The notes beneath the pieces were generated by a model. The model was not told the DNA's origin, did not search any database, and saw nothing but the letters and a program-made list of their open reading frames with translations. From Enterococcus phage VRE9_2, in sequence record PP680568.1: 64,000 nt of DNA; one strand, written 5' to 3'. The position numbers and the translations under genes were made by a program. Below, piece by piece: positions 49,554 through 59,685 of this stretch (position 1 is its first letter; each line of letters starts with the position of its first letter).

Positions 49554-50015
49554 TTATTTAGTCTCCTTTTTATCTTTTTGTGTAAAATCTTTAATTGACT
49601 CAACAATCCAATCATTGCTAACTAATTTAAAATAAGTAAGTCCAATATAAAGTCCAAGTTCATCATGAGAAGTATTATCAATATCTCGTACATCCATCAT
49701 ATCAATCATATCAGCTTCTACAATATCATTTTCATTTTTGTCTTTAATATTTTCTTTTGGTTGGCAAAAACTAGAATCTTTTAAATAACCTAATATATGT
49801 TGAGCTACTTCTTTATCTGTAGATTCAGTTCGATCAAAAATTACATTATAATTAATATCTCGTGAATTAAGCCAAAAATATTTTCCAAAAGACTTTCTAA
49901 CAAAAGTTAAAATAGCTTGATAAATATCTTCTTCTGATAATTTAGGTGCGTCTTTTAAAGCTTGTGTAATTAAATCCGATTTTTTCATTGTGTGTCCATC
50001 ATTTTTCTTTTTCAT
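49554..50015 (-). CDS. Hypothetical 153-aa acidic protein
   Basis: Coupled to neighbouring genes. No recognisable motif. Confidence 0.35.
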   Translation of the reverse strand: MKKKNDGHTMKKSDLITQALKDAPKLSEEDIYQAILTFVRKSFGKYFWLNSRDINYNVIFDRTESTDKEVAQHILGYLKDSSFCQPKENIKDKNENDIVEADMIDMMDVRDIDNTSHDELGLYIGLTYFKLVSNDWIVESIKDFTQKDKKETK

Positions 50016-50016
50016 A

Positions 50017-50598
50017 TTAATTATTCTCCTTTAATTTTTCCATAATTTTATCTTGTAAAGCACTTAATGCCATCCATACGAAAGGTGTATCTGAAAAATA
50101 GTAAGCATCTGGTTTTCTATCAATTTCAGCATAATCTTTTTTATCTGCTTCAATCCGTCGTTTGATTTCATTTACGTCAGGGTTCTTTTGTCTACCCTTT
50201 GCTCGCTCTATTCTGATCTTTTCATCTGCTACGATTTCTATTAACATAACATTTGTATCATCTGATTTACCTACCCAATCAGCTACTTCAAACGCGGTTT
50301 CTTTTTCGCAAGTCATTAAATAAATAGATTCTTTGTCTCGGGCTTGAGCAGTAATACCAAAGTAAACACCATAATTCCAATTATTAAATACCTTAGGAAA
50401 TAGAATTTCTTTTTTTTCTACTCCTTTTTGAAAAGCTTCATCAGTTAAAAATTGATAATAAGCTTCTTCTTTATCAGAACGTTTAGGTCTTGTTGTTGGT
50501 CGTTTGGCTAAATAAGCGTCTACACCAAGAGAGCCAAGTAATTTCCTTGCAATATAATCTTTACCAGCTCCTGTTTGTCCATATAAGATTACTAACAT
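50017..50598 (-). CDS. P-loop nucleotide kinase (dNMP kinase-like)
   Basis: Walker A YGQTGAGKDYIARKL at the N-terminus. 193 aa. Lies in the nucleotide-metabolism cluster. Confidence 0.55.
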   Translation of the reverse strand: MLVILYGQTGAGKDYIARKLLGSLGVDAYLAKRPTTRPKRSDKEEAYYQFLTDEAFQKGVEKKEILFPKVFNNWNYGVYFGITAQARDKESIYLMTCEKETAFEVADWVGKSDDTNVMLIEIVADEKIRIERAKGRQKNPDVNEIKRRIEADKKDYAEIDRKPDAYYFSDTPFVWMALSALQDKIMEKLKENN

Positions 50599-50629
50599 TT
50601 TATCTCTCCTTGTTTTAACTTTATAATTA

Positions 50630-50658
50630 ATTATAACATATTATATATTATTTGTCAA
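50630..50658 (-). promoter_or_regulatory. Consensus SigA-type promoter for the kinase operon
   Basis: On the minus strand: TTGACA - 17 nt - TATAAT, ~30 nt upstream of the RBS AAGGAGAG. Confidence 0.6.
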
Positions 50659-50723
50659 TCTTTCGCCAAGATCCCAGTTTTAAGCGCTGAGACCTTTAAC
50701 GTAAGATAATTAACCTCGTCGGA

Positions 50724-53700
50724 TTAAGCTGCTCGTTCTGTTTTCAGAACAATACTTCCATCATCACGAGTTTCAGTAATTAATCCAATTTTTGGAGTTG
50801 CTGTATCATTATATGCTCTAGGAATAAATTGATCGTCACGTCTAAAACCAGTAATAAATAGTTTGTTTCCTCTTTCAAAGAAAGATTTTTCTACAACAGT
50901 TTTCTTTCCTGTTGATGTTCTTTCTGAAATTTGTTTATCCCAGTAAGAAAAATCTCCTTTGTACATTTTAACTAAAACAACAGTTCCTTCTGGAGTCAAA
51001 ACATCAATACTTGCTTTAACCTTATTTTTACCAATAATAGTTCCAACAATTCTATTCAATTTTAACTTAGAAAAACTTGCATAAGGATTAATTTTTTGTG
51101 CCTCTCTTGAAAGAAGCTCAAAATTATCAATTCCATATCTATCTACATCCACACAATTTAATTCGTGTTCTGTATAATAGAAGTTCATAGATTCCATTTC
51201 CCATCTTGCATATGAATCGTGACCACCATATGAATCAAATAATTCTAACATTTCATCAAAAAATATTTCTTCTAATAAAGACTCTTTATTTTCTCTTAAC
51301 CAATTTCTAACAGTATCCATTTTTTTATCATAAAACTTACTCCATCTATCTCGACTCATCACAGTCCAATAACGATCCTCATCACTAAACGTTTCAATAA
51401 ATTCATCCAAACCAATCGAAGATAAAAAGTTTTGCGCCCTATCATCGAGTCTAACAATTTGTCCGCTCTTGGTTAAAATTTCATTTATATAACGATTAAA
51501 CTCATAAATTCGTTTTTCTTCTTGTAACGATTCAGGGAATCTATTAATTTTCATAACTAATGGAACCTGTGTCATTGTGAGATTTTTTCTAAGTCCTGTC
51601 ATCATTTTAGCATATTTTGCTAAAGTAATTTTTCTATCAGAACTATCTATTTGTCTAAAAGCTCCTGCCTTAATTAATGTTAACATTTGCATTTTATTTG
51701 GATTTGTTTTTCTAACAAAATCTGCTAAAGAACTAAATGGTCTTCCTTCGAAGATTTTCTGAATAAATTCATAACCAATTCCAGTTAATGGTCTTAAACC
51801 GTAAGAAATAAAGTTACCTTCTACATTAGGAGAAAAGTTTGATTCTGATTTATTTATATCTACCATTTCTACTTTAATCCCATGTTTAATAGTATTTCCT
51901 AACGCTACCGCCATTTTAGAATAATCTGTTGAAGTTCCTGTTTCATCTCCTGAGTTGACAATCAAACAGCCACAGTTCCAATAAATAGATGGATAATGAT
52001 TAAATAAATTTAATTCTTGTAGTGCAATAATTGTATATCCAATTGTATGCAAAATTGAGAAACTATATCCCATTTGAACACTAACGGCTGAATCCCAAAT
52101 ATAATGAACAGTTTCATTTGAACATACTGCCTGTTCAAAAATCTTAGCTCTAAGCTCTGGAATTTTATCCATTAGTTTTTTACCAATAATTTTACGTGCT
52201 GCATTAGCTTCTGTTTCTGTAAAATTACAAATGTTTTCATCCATTAAAATCAACATTAATTCTTCCTGCGTATTTGGAACTCCATAAGAAGACAAGAAAT
52301 GTTTTTCTAAAATAGGAATTTCATCTGCTGGGATATTATATTTTTCTAATTCTTCATACCAAAGTTGAATATTTTCCTTAAATCTTGCATATTTTTCTAG
52401 CGGCATTTCACCATTTTCAGTTGCCATAAGTCTCATTAAAGAGTTCAATGCTGCTGCATCTTTTACATCTTCTGGTTTACCCTTCCTTACAGCTTCTTTT
52501 CCTACCGGTGTATCAAGCTGAAAAATATCCAAAACTTTGTTATCCCACGTTGGTTCCCACAATTCTTTACTATAATCTAATACATCAGGGTGTAATGTAT
52601 TAAAATACGTTTCTTTTAAAGAACCTTTCCATTCCATTCTATTATCTTTAATCAACAAATCCATTGTTTGACGAATTTTATCTAAAGCTTCGATGGACAA
52701 CATATCCATTTTTAATGCTCCCATATCATCGCTATCATGATAATCCCATTGAGTTACTTCTAAGTCGTTAGGAGTTTTCATCATAGCATTAATATCTGTA
52801 TAAGGATGATTAAAAATATAAACTCCTGAAGCATGAGAACCTCTACTTTTTACCATTCCTTCAATCGCTAAAGCTGTCTCTAAATAATTTTCATATTTAT
52901 TAATTTCATTAATAAATTCAGAAACTGGTTTACGACCTTTTTCTGGATTCCCATAAACCATATCTTTTAAATTCCAATCAAAACCACGTTCATTTGGAAT
53001 TAAACCACTTAAATAACTTGAAACATCATCGCTTATACCAAGTCCTCGTGCAGCAGTAGCTAATGCTGATTTTGCTTTTTCAGTTCCAAAAGTTGCAATA
53101 TTTAAAACTCTGTCATGTCCAAAAAAGTTTTTTAACGCCAATAAAATTTGTTCTCGCTTAGAACCTTGTGAATCTATATCAACATCAGGTAATTCTGGAC
53201 GACTTTCAGCTAAGTGTCTCCAGCTCATATCTCCTACATATGGAATAGGATCTACTTGTGTAACGTCCAACAACCAGTTTGACATAAATCCCATAGCTGA
53301 ACCACGAGATACTCCAACTAATGAATCTCCTTCGTCCCAAATTAATTCAATAATTTTTTGAGCTGTATTATAATAAGACGTCATAGGTTGTTTTAAACGT
53401 TCAGAAATTTTTACTAGTGTAGTAGCTTCAATTTCTAATTGTTCTAAATATCTTTCATTTAATACATTCCTAATTTCTAATTGGTTCAAACAAGTTCTGC
53501 TCCAATATAAATCTTGGTCTTCATCAGAATTTAGCAACATTGTTAAATATTTATATTTGCTTAAATCAATATTATTATATGTTTTGCTTAATTCTGGTAC
53601 ATTAACAGGAACATATGGAATTTCTTGCTCCTTAAACAAGGAATAATGTTTGATCCCACTTCTAATTTTTTCTAAGTTATCTAACATTTCCTGAAATTCT

Positions 53701-54578
53701 TCTTCTGAAAAATCTAATAAAAAATATTCCTTAACTTGTTCAGGTGGCATCATATAGGCAGTATAATAGAAATCATCAACTTCACGCTCTGCTTGCTTAC
53801 TATTCAAATAAGCTTTATGAATTTCTCTATCTGCTTCAGTAAGATAATGACTGTCTGTACTAAATACAACTGGAACATTCATTGCCTTTCCAAGTTTCCA
53901 AACTCTTCTATTTATATATCTTTGTTCTTCTGAAGTATTTGGAGCAATTTCTAAATAAAAATCTTCTTCACCAAAAACTTCTTGATTCCACAAAACAAAA
54001 TCAACAATTTTTTGTTTTTCTTCTAAGATTTTTTCTTGGTTAATTTTTTCTCCAAATGGAACTTCTTCTGCCGCTTTAATTTTCAAAAAAGCTTGAGCTT
54101 CAAAACTTCCAAGACAAGCTGTAGAAGATACAATATGTCCTTTTCCATTTTCCTGTTCCATAATTTCTTTTACTTGTTCACGAGTAATTGGAGTTCGTTG
54201 TAAGCCTCTATCCCAATAACTATTTTCCCAAGCTTTAGAAGACAACATTCTTAAAATTTTATGTCCTTTTTTGTCTTTTGCAATCAATAAATGATGATAA
54301 TATTTTTGTCCCATTTCTAAATCTTCGACTAAATAAATTTCATCTCCAAAACCAATTGTAAAAGATTCATGGTCTATACGACCTTCTTTTTCTAATTTAT
54401 CTCTATAATGCATTAATTGAGCGTGACCAGATAATCCTTCGTGGTCTGTTAAAACATAACCGCTTAAACCTAAATCTAAAGCATAATCAACTGATTGTTT
54501 AATATCATTAATTGAATCAGCGAATCCTAATAATGCATTACTAAAACTACTATGATTATGAATTGAATAGTATCCCAA
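50724..54578 (-). CDS. DNA polymerase III alpha subunit (DnaE/PolC-type, PHP domain)
   Basis: N-terminal PHP motif YSIHNHSSFS...LTDHEGLSGH. 1284 aa. Probable TTG start 9 nt after AAAGGAG. Confidence 0.85.
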   Translation of the reverse strand: MGYYSIHNHSSFSNALLGFADSINDIKQSVDYALDLGLSGYVLTDHEGLSGHAQLMHYRDKLEKEGRIDHESFTIGFGDEIYLVEDLEMGQKYYHHLLIAKDKKGHKILRMLSSKAWENSYWDRGLQRTPITREQVKEIMEQENGKGHIVSSTACLGSFEAQAFLKIKAAEEVPFGEKINQEKILEEKQKIVDFVLWNQEVFGEEDFYLEIAPNTSEEQRYINRRVWKLGKAMNVPVVFSTDSHYLTEADREIHKAYLNSKQAEREVDDFYYTAYMMPPEQVKEYFLLDFSEEEFQEMLDNLEKIRSGIKHYSLFKEQEIPYVPVNVPELSKTYNNIDLSKYKYLTMLLNSDEDQDLYWSRTCLNQLEIRNVLNERYLEQLEIEATTLVKISERLKQPMTSYYNTAQKIIELIWDEGDSLVGVSRGSAMGFMSNWLLDVTQVDPIPYVGDMSWRHLAESRPELPDVDIDSQGSKREQILLALKNFFGHDRVLNIATFGTEKAKSALATAARGLGISDDVSSYLSGLIPNERGFDWNLKDMVYGNPEKGRKPVSEFINEINKYENYLETALAIEGMVKSRGSHASGVYIFNHPYTDINAMMKTPNDLEVTQWDYHDSDDMGALKMDMLSIEALDKIRQTMDLLIKDNRMEWKGSLKETYFNTLHPDVLDYSKELWEPTWDNKVLDIFQLDTPVGKEAVRKGKPEDVKDAAALNSLMRLMATENGEMPLEKYARFKENIQLWYEELEKYNIPADEIPILEKHFLSSYGVPNTQEELMLILMDENICNFTETEANAARKIIGKKLMDKIPELRAKIFEQAVCSNETVHYIWDSAVSVQMGYSFSILHTIGYTIIALQELNLFNHYPSIYWNCGCLIVNSGDETGTSTDYSKMAVALGNTIKHGIKVEMVDINKSESNFSPNVEGNFISYGLRPLTGIGYEFIQKIFEGRPFSSLADFVRKTNPNKMQMLTLIKAGAFRQIDSSDRKITLAKYAKMMTGLRKNLTMTQVPLVMKINRFPESLQEEKRIYEFNRYINEILTKSGQIVRLDDRAQNFLSSIGLDEFIETFSDEDRYWTVMSRDRWSKFYDKKMDTVRNWLRENKESLLEEIFFDEMLELFDSYGGHDSYARWEMESMNFYYTEHELNCVDVDRYGIDNFELLSREAQKINPYASFSKLKLNRIVGTIIGKNKVKASIDVLTPEGTVVLVKMYKGDFSYWDKQISERTSTGKKTVVEKSFFERGNKLFITGFRRDDQFIPRAYNDTATPKIGLITETRDDGSIVLKTERAA

Positions 54579-54613
54579 TAAATATAACTCCTTTCATAAT
54601 TCCTTATATATTA

Positions 54614-54660
54614 ATTATATCATTTAAAATATAAAAAGTCAAGTAAAATAATTACTTGAC
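54614..54660 (-). promoter_or_regulatory. Composite terminator-promoter cassette (copy 1) upstream of the polymerase gene
   Basis: Minus strand: GTCAAGTAATTATTTTACTTGAC hairpin directly after the TK stop. Its CTTGACT arm supplies the -35 TTGACT, then a 17-nt T-rich spacer, then TATAAT. Confidence 0.65.
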
Positions 54661-55239
54661 CAATTCATTATAATTAAAATAACATTTTCTACATACAGGA
54701 ATATATTCGTTGTCTCCAATTAAAATTTGTTCACCCCTATAAATAGCTTCTCCATTAATTGTACGTAAATTCATAGTTGCTTTTTTATCGCATAATGTAC
54801 ATACAGTTTTTAACTCTTCTAATTTATCTGCAAATTCTAACAATGCTTGAGAACCTTCAAATAAATTATTTTGAAAATCATTTTTTAAACCCCAACAGAG
54901 AACAGGAATATTTCCCTCATCTACTACTCCTGCTAAGGTAATTACCTGTTCTCTTGATAAAAACTGGGATTCATCCACTAGGATAGCATGGACTTTTTCT
55001 TTTTTAGCTTTTTCTAAAATTTCTTCTCTGCTATCATTTAAGTATTCTGCCTCAATATTAAAGCCAGTTCTAGAAACGATCTTTTTAAAACCGCTTCTAG
55101 TATCTAAATCAGAAGTATAAATTAATACATTTTTGCCTTGTTGAGCATAATTATAAGCAGTTGTAATTAAAGATAAACTTTTTCCTGAGTTCATAACTCC
55201 ATATTTAAAATATAATTTTGCCATTTTCATTTCTCCCAA
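54652..55239 (-). CDS. tdk: Thymidine kinase
   Basis: P-loop GVMNSGKS, DESQF, C-terminal CxxC...CxxC zinc ribbon (CTLCDKKA ... CRKCY). 195 aa. Confidence 0.85.
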   Translation of the reverse strand: MGEMKMAKLYFKYGVMNSGKSLSLITTAYNYAQQGKNVLIYTSDLDTRSGFKKIVSRTGFNIEAEYLNDSREEILEKAKKEKVHAILVDESQFLSREQVITLAGVVDEGNIPVLCWGLKNDFQNNLFEGSQALLEFADKLEELKTVCTLCDKKATMNLRTINGEAIYRGEQILIGDNEYIPVCRKCYFNYNELVK

Positions 55240-56408
55240 ATTCCACTATTTTTATCATAAGCTAATACTAATTTTTCCGAAGCTCTAGTAACCATTGTAT
55301 ATAACCATTTTCTATGATTTTTTCCATTTAATCGTTCCTCGATTCCTAAAACCTTAGAGTATTCACTACCTTGAGATTTATGTGTAGTAATACAATATCC
55401 ATAATCAATATAATTAACTCTAGCATCACCTTTTGCAAATTGATTTACAATATAAGATTTTTGGTTTTCTTTAATAAAAGGAAGCATATCATACTTGATA
55501 GAAAACTCTCCACCACCAAATTCTGGAACAAAACGAACTCGAGCGATTTCAATATCTTTTCCCATTGCATTCCCCATTAATTTTTCACTTTTAAATACAC
55601 CACTAGAAAAATTAACTTCGCCTAACATGCCATTAATAAGAGGAAATCCTTCTTCATTTAAAATATCCCAATTATTATTAGTTACAATAATTTTATCTCC
55701 TTCTTGAGGGGTAGGTGAAACAAAACCCTTAGCTAAACGAATTTCATCGTTGTAAAGTTTTCTTGTTACATTTCTTCCACACAAAACTTGGTCTGCCCAC
55801 AAAAGCATACCTACAGAAACTTCTTCTTTTGGAACCATTTTAACAAAATCATCAGAAAAAGGTTTTATAATTTCCCCTTCACGAATCATTTTAGATAATT
55901 GAATAATACTATTCCCTTCCTCTTGGCGCATGATTTCATCTAAGAAAATATGGGGATTTTTTAACATACCATTATCTGCTCCTACAGGAGGTAGCTGCCC
56001 TGGGTCTCCAAGCATTATAATATGAATACCTAAATCTGCTATATCTTTTAATAGGTCTTCTGGAACCATTGAAATTTCATCTATTAAAATTAATTTAATC
56101 CCCTGATAATTTTCAACAGGAAGCTTTTGATGAATAAAATTATTATTAATTTTGATAGACTTGTATCGCAATTTGTGTAAAGTTTGAGCTGCTGGGAATC
56201 CTGTTTGTTGAAGACGATAAGCTGCCTTACCTGTAAAAGCTCCAACCATATATTGTAATGGTGATAGCTCTAGTGCATTAATAATTTTTTTTGCTAAAAA
56301 AGTTTTACCTGTTCCAGCAAAACCAGCGATTGTAGTATAACGTTCTCCACTTTTATATCGTTCTACAGCAATTTCTAAACCTTGTTTTTGTTTACTTGTT
56401 AATGACAT
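55227..56408 (-). CDS. Dda/RecD-like SF1 DNA helicase
   Basis: Walker A AGFAGTGKTF, Walker B LILIDEISMV, C-terminal TTHKSQGSEY motif. 393 aa. Confidence 0.75.
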   Translation of the reverse strand: MSLTSKQKQGLEIAVERYKSGERYTTIAGFAGTGKTFLAKKIINALELSPLQYMVGAFTGKAAYRLQQTGFPAAQTLHKLRYKSIKINNNFIHQKLPVENYQGIKLILIDEISMVPEDLLKDIADLGIHIIMLGDPGQLPPVGADNGMLKNPHIFLDEIMRQEEGNSIIQLSKMIREGEIIKPFSDDFVKMVPKEEVSVGMLLWADQVLCGRNVTRKLYNDEIRLAKGFVSPTPQEGDKIIVTNNNWDILNEEGFPLINGMLGEVNFSSGVFKSEKLMGNAMGKDIEIARVRFVPEFGGGEFSIKYDMLPFIKENQKSYIVNQFAKGDARVNYIDYGYCITTHKSQGSEYSKVLGIEERLNGKNHRKWLYTMVTRASEKLVLAYDKNSGIWEK

Positions 56409-56440
56409 TTAATCATTCCTTTTTTATTCATTATATTTAT

Positions 56441-56488
56441 ATTATATCATTATAAAAATAAAAAGTCAAGCTATTTACTTGACTTTTT
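56441..56488 (-). promoter_or_regulatory. Composite terminator-promoter cassette (copy 2) upstream of the helicase gene
   Basis: Minus strand: AAAAAGTCAAGTAAATAGCTTGACTTTTT hairpin, then -35 TTGACT, 17-nt spacer, TATAAT, RBS AAAAAGGAATGA. Confidence 0.65.
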
Positions 56489-56599
56489 ATTTTGTTTAAT
56501 TTTAATTTGTTCCCAAGCAATTAAAGCATTTTTCATTTGACCTGGGTTACGAGCTAAATATTCTGAAACAAATTCTTTTTTAGTTATTTTACGTTTCAT
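56471..56599 (-). CDS. Small basic 42-aa ORF (MKRKITKKEFVSEYLARNPGQMKNALIAWEQIKIKQNKKSSK)
   Basis: AAGGAG 8 nt upstream of the ATG. Its stop lies in the loop of the cassette hairpin. Not in the ORF track because it is under 60 aa. Confidence 0.3.
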   Translation of the reverse strand: MKRKITKKEFVSEYLARNPGQMKNALIAWEQIKIKQNKKSSK

Positions 56600-56662
56600 A
56601 TCTATCACTCCTTAAATTTGTATGTATAGGGGGGGTGGGTTTTAGGAAAAGAAAAATAGGTA

Positions 56663-56701
56663 GAAGGTAAATATGGTTCAATTCAAAAAATAGCATGAAC
56701 C
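56663..56701. repeat. 12-bp perfect inverted repeat AAATATGGTTCA ... TGAACCATATTT (15-nt loop) in a long intergenic region
   Basis: Read directly from the sequence. Lies 50 bp downstream of the DHH gene stop, adjacent to a G7/C7 homopolymer at 56631-56637. Confidence 0.5.
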
Positions 56702-56749
56702 ATATTTTTCTCCTAGATTAGCGTCCGTAGACGATAAAATTCTTTAATA

Positions 56750-58489
56750 TTAGAAAATGTATTTTTGTGCAGATTTCAATTCTAAATCTGCAACAAACAT
56801 TTGTAGGAACGTGCGACCTCTAAAAGTACTCATTTTAATAGTTCCAACTACATCAATTTTTGATTGCTGATTTTTCATGAGTTTTTGTGCTGTTTCAGTA
56901 CTAACGCCCTTAAACTTAATAAATTCCAGTCCCCCAGCAGAGAATGTTATCTTGTGGTTATCAAATTCTCCACCTACAACTATATCATCTTTTTTAACAG
57001 GGACGTCTCTTAAAACAAAGGTAGGCTCTTCTAAACCTTTTCCCCAGAATGTAGCATAACGAGTAATTTCTGTTAAATTTTCTTTAGACATTTGTTGCCA
57101 AGAAATATCAAAATCTACAGAATATATTGGCTCAAAGACAATCTCTGATAATTGTTTATTAAAATATTCTATAATTTCATTCTTTTTATCAGCAGCAAAA
57201 GCAAATCCGTGAGCTCCTTCATGACCTTCTGCGAATTCAAATAATCCACTTTCTTGCTCAAACCGTTTTAATTCTGGTAAATCAGACTTATCATCTCCAC
57301 GAGCCGACCCACCAAAAAAAGTTTTTCCATCTTTTTCAAAATACGTCCCTACTAAAGTTGGCTTTTTATATTTTGAAACAAATTGATTAGCAATTAGTCC
57401 TGTAAAGGTTTTTGGAAATTCATTTTTTGTATCTAAAATTAGAATCTGGTTGTCAGTTAATTTATTTTCTTCAATTTGAGTTTCTAATGAATTAAAGGCA
57501 TTATCTCTCAATCTATCTTGCCGAGCTTTAATATTATTCATTTTCCTAACAACTGCTTCATGGAATACTTCTGTATCTCCCTCTTTAGCTCCACGTTTTG
57601 TTGAAGGTACATCATAAGGTTTATCACTAACCATAGCTTTAGTAACTTCTTTTTTCTCATCCATCGTTCCTACTCGTGTTACTGCATTAATCATTGGGAC
57701 AATAGAAAAAGATAAACCAATCGGTGTTACTTGTCCTCCAAGATTAAATGACTTAGCCTTATATAGTGCTTTTAAAAAAGTATTGTGAATATTTCTCATT
57801 CCTTGTTGAACAATATAAATTGTTTCTAAAGTATTAATTTCAATCATATCTCCTACAATCCCAATAGCAGCAAGATCATAGTATTTTTCTGAGTGGTCGA
57901 AGCCATACATTTTATCATACAACGCAGCAAACTTTAAACAAACTCCTGCACCTGATAATTTCTTATTAGGGTAATCATCTAAAGAAATATTTACCATTGT
58001 AGCATATTCTGAAAATTTAGGAGCGTCATGGTGATCCAAAATTACAATAGGTATATTCAATTTTTCTACAATATACTTATGAACATCATATTCATTCGAA
58101 GAACAGTCAGGAGCTATAATTAAATCTACATTATGTTCCCCCATAATATCTTCCACTGTTTTTACAGGAATTCCATGTTCTTTGTTCTCTTGGAAAACAA
58201 TTATTATTCTATTTGTTATTTCTTCTTTATAACAATCTTTTAAATAATTATAAACAATAGCTGTAGAAGTATAACCATCTGCGTCAGGGTCTTGAATTAA
58301 TAATATTTTACCTTTTGAATTTACAATTTTGTTGTGAATAATTTCAGCAACCTCTTTCAAATTTTTTATTAAAAGAGGATCGTGTAACGCTGAATCATTT
58401 AATCTAAAAATTTTATCTGGGTTTATCCCTCTATTTATGAAAATGTTAATAATGTTGTCATCATTTTTTCCAATTAGTTGCGTTCTCAA
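56750..58489 (-). CDS. DHH-family phosphoesterase (RecJ-like ssDNA exonuclease)
   Basis: DHH motifs LIQDPDADGYTS and VILDHHD. 579 aa. Lies in the replication arm. Confidence 0.65.
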   Translation of the reverse strand: MRTQLIGKNDDNIINIFINRGINPDKIFRLNDSALHDPLLIKNLKEVAEIIHNKIVNSKGKILLIQDPDADGYTSTAIVYNYLKDCYKEEITNRIIIVFQENKEHGIPVKTVEDIMGEHNVDLIIAPDCSSNEYDVHKYIVEKLNIPIVILDHHDAPKFSEYATMVNISLDDYPNKKLSGAGVCLKFAALYDKMYGFDHSEKYYDLAAIGIVGDMIEINTLETIYIVQQGMRNIHNTFLKALYKAKSFNLGGQVTPIGLSFSIVPMINAVTRVGTMDEKKEVTKAMVSDKPYDVPSTKRGAKEGDTEVFHEAVVRKMNNIKARQDRLRDNAFNSLETQIEENKLTDNQILILDTKNEFPKTFTGLIANQFVSKYKKPTLVGTYFEKDGKTFFGGSARGDDKSDLPELKRFEQESGLFEFAEGHEGAHGFAFAADKKNEIIEYFNKQLSEIVFEPIYSVDFDISWQQMSKENLTEITRYATFWGKGLEEPTFVLRDVPVKKDDIVVGGEFDNHKITFSAGGLEFIKFKGVSTETAQKLMKNQQSKIDVVGTIKMSTFRGRTFLQMFVADLELKSAQKYIF

Positions 58490-59643
58490 TATATATCATA
58501 CTCCTCTTCATCTGTTCCTATGGAATCCCATAGCTCTAATTTTTCTACAAAATTTTCATCTATCTCTTTGTATGTTTTTCGTTCTCCATATAATTCTGCA
58601 AAAACTTCAAAACCACAATCTACTGGAGAATCCTTATATCCCGAAATCATATTAGTATCTAAAATAAAACTTATTTTAATACCATCTTCATTCGTTCCAA
58701 ATCGCTCTTGTATTGTTTTAAAAATTCCTACTAAGTTATCATATTCTCTATCATACTTCATAGATTGAAATTGTCTATCAAAAGCAAAAATAATTTCTTC
58801 TACACCTAATTTTTTTAATGCTTCATACTGATGCCGTGAAAAGTGCATACCAAATGCTGCTACACCAATATTTTTTTTCGGAGATAATAAATCATCCATT
58901 TTCATAACCGATTTTTCTCCTTCAAAAACAATGGCTTTTCTTTCTCTTCTAATATTATTAGCATTAAAAAATAAACCGAATAAATAAAATGATAGTGGCG
59001 AAGAATATAGTATTCCTTCACGTTCAACAGGTCTATATTTTCCATATCGCTCTATCATTTCTTTATTAGCTATTCTTTGTCGTATACCTAATAAATTTCC
59101 TTCTTCGTCTAAATGAGGAAACATTAAACCAGTTGTCGCATAATTATATCTGATATTATATTTATGTTGAGTTTCTGCTGATATACCTTCTCGTTCCCAA
59201 TCATTTACAATAATTCTAGGATAACGTAAATAAGGTTTTTTGTCATAAAACATAAAACTTGGCTCTTGATATTCAATATCTAAATCATCATTATGCAACA
59301 TATCATTGTCGCCTAAAGTCATAAACTCTTGTGATTGAATATAAATATCAATAGCCTCTTCTAATAAAAGTTCTTCGTGATATTCATTCATATACATTTT
59401 AGACAATAATTCAAAAATATCAAATCTACCACAACCAGTGTAACAATTAAATAATTTTGTATTATCATAATAATAAAGTTTATGACTACCCTCACCTTTA
59501 TGATTATGACAGACAGTCTCAAAGACTAATTGGTGTTCGTCAACCCAGTTACCTTGAATACCTTGTCCTACTAAAAAATCATATACTTGTTGAATAGACA
59601 TTCCAGCTTTTATAGCATTCTTATCACGTCCATATTCTGCCAT
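58486..59643 (-). CDS. DnaG-like DNA primase (zinc-finger + TOPRIM)
   Basis: CHC2-type zinc finger CHNHKGEGSHKLYYYDNTKLFNCYTGCG near the N-terminus, with acidic TOPRIM-like residues downstream. Overlaps the DHH gene by 4 nt. Confidence 0.65.
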   Translation of the reverse strand: MAEYGRDKNAIKAGMSIQQVYDFLVGQGIQGNWVDEHQLVFETVCHNHKGEGSHKLYYYDNTKLFNCYTGCGRFDIFELLSKMYMNEYHEELLLEEAIDIYIQSQEFMTLGDNDMLHNDDLDIEYQEPSFMFYDKKPYLRYPRIIVNDWEREGISAETQHKYNIRYNYATTGLMFPHLDEEGNLLGIRQRIANKEMIERYGKYRPVEREGILYSSPLSFYLFGLFFNANNIRRERKAIVFEGEKSVMKMDDLLSPKKNIGVAAFGMHFSRHQYEALKKLGVEEIIFAFDRQFQSMKYDREYDNLVGIFKTIQERFGTNEDGIKISFILDTNMISGYKDSPVDCGFEVFAELYGERKTYKEIDENFVEKLELWDSIGTDEEEYDIY

Positions 59644-59685
59644 ATATCTATAACCTACTTTTTTAATTATTTTTTATACATTTAT

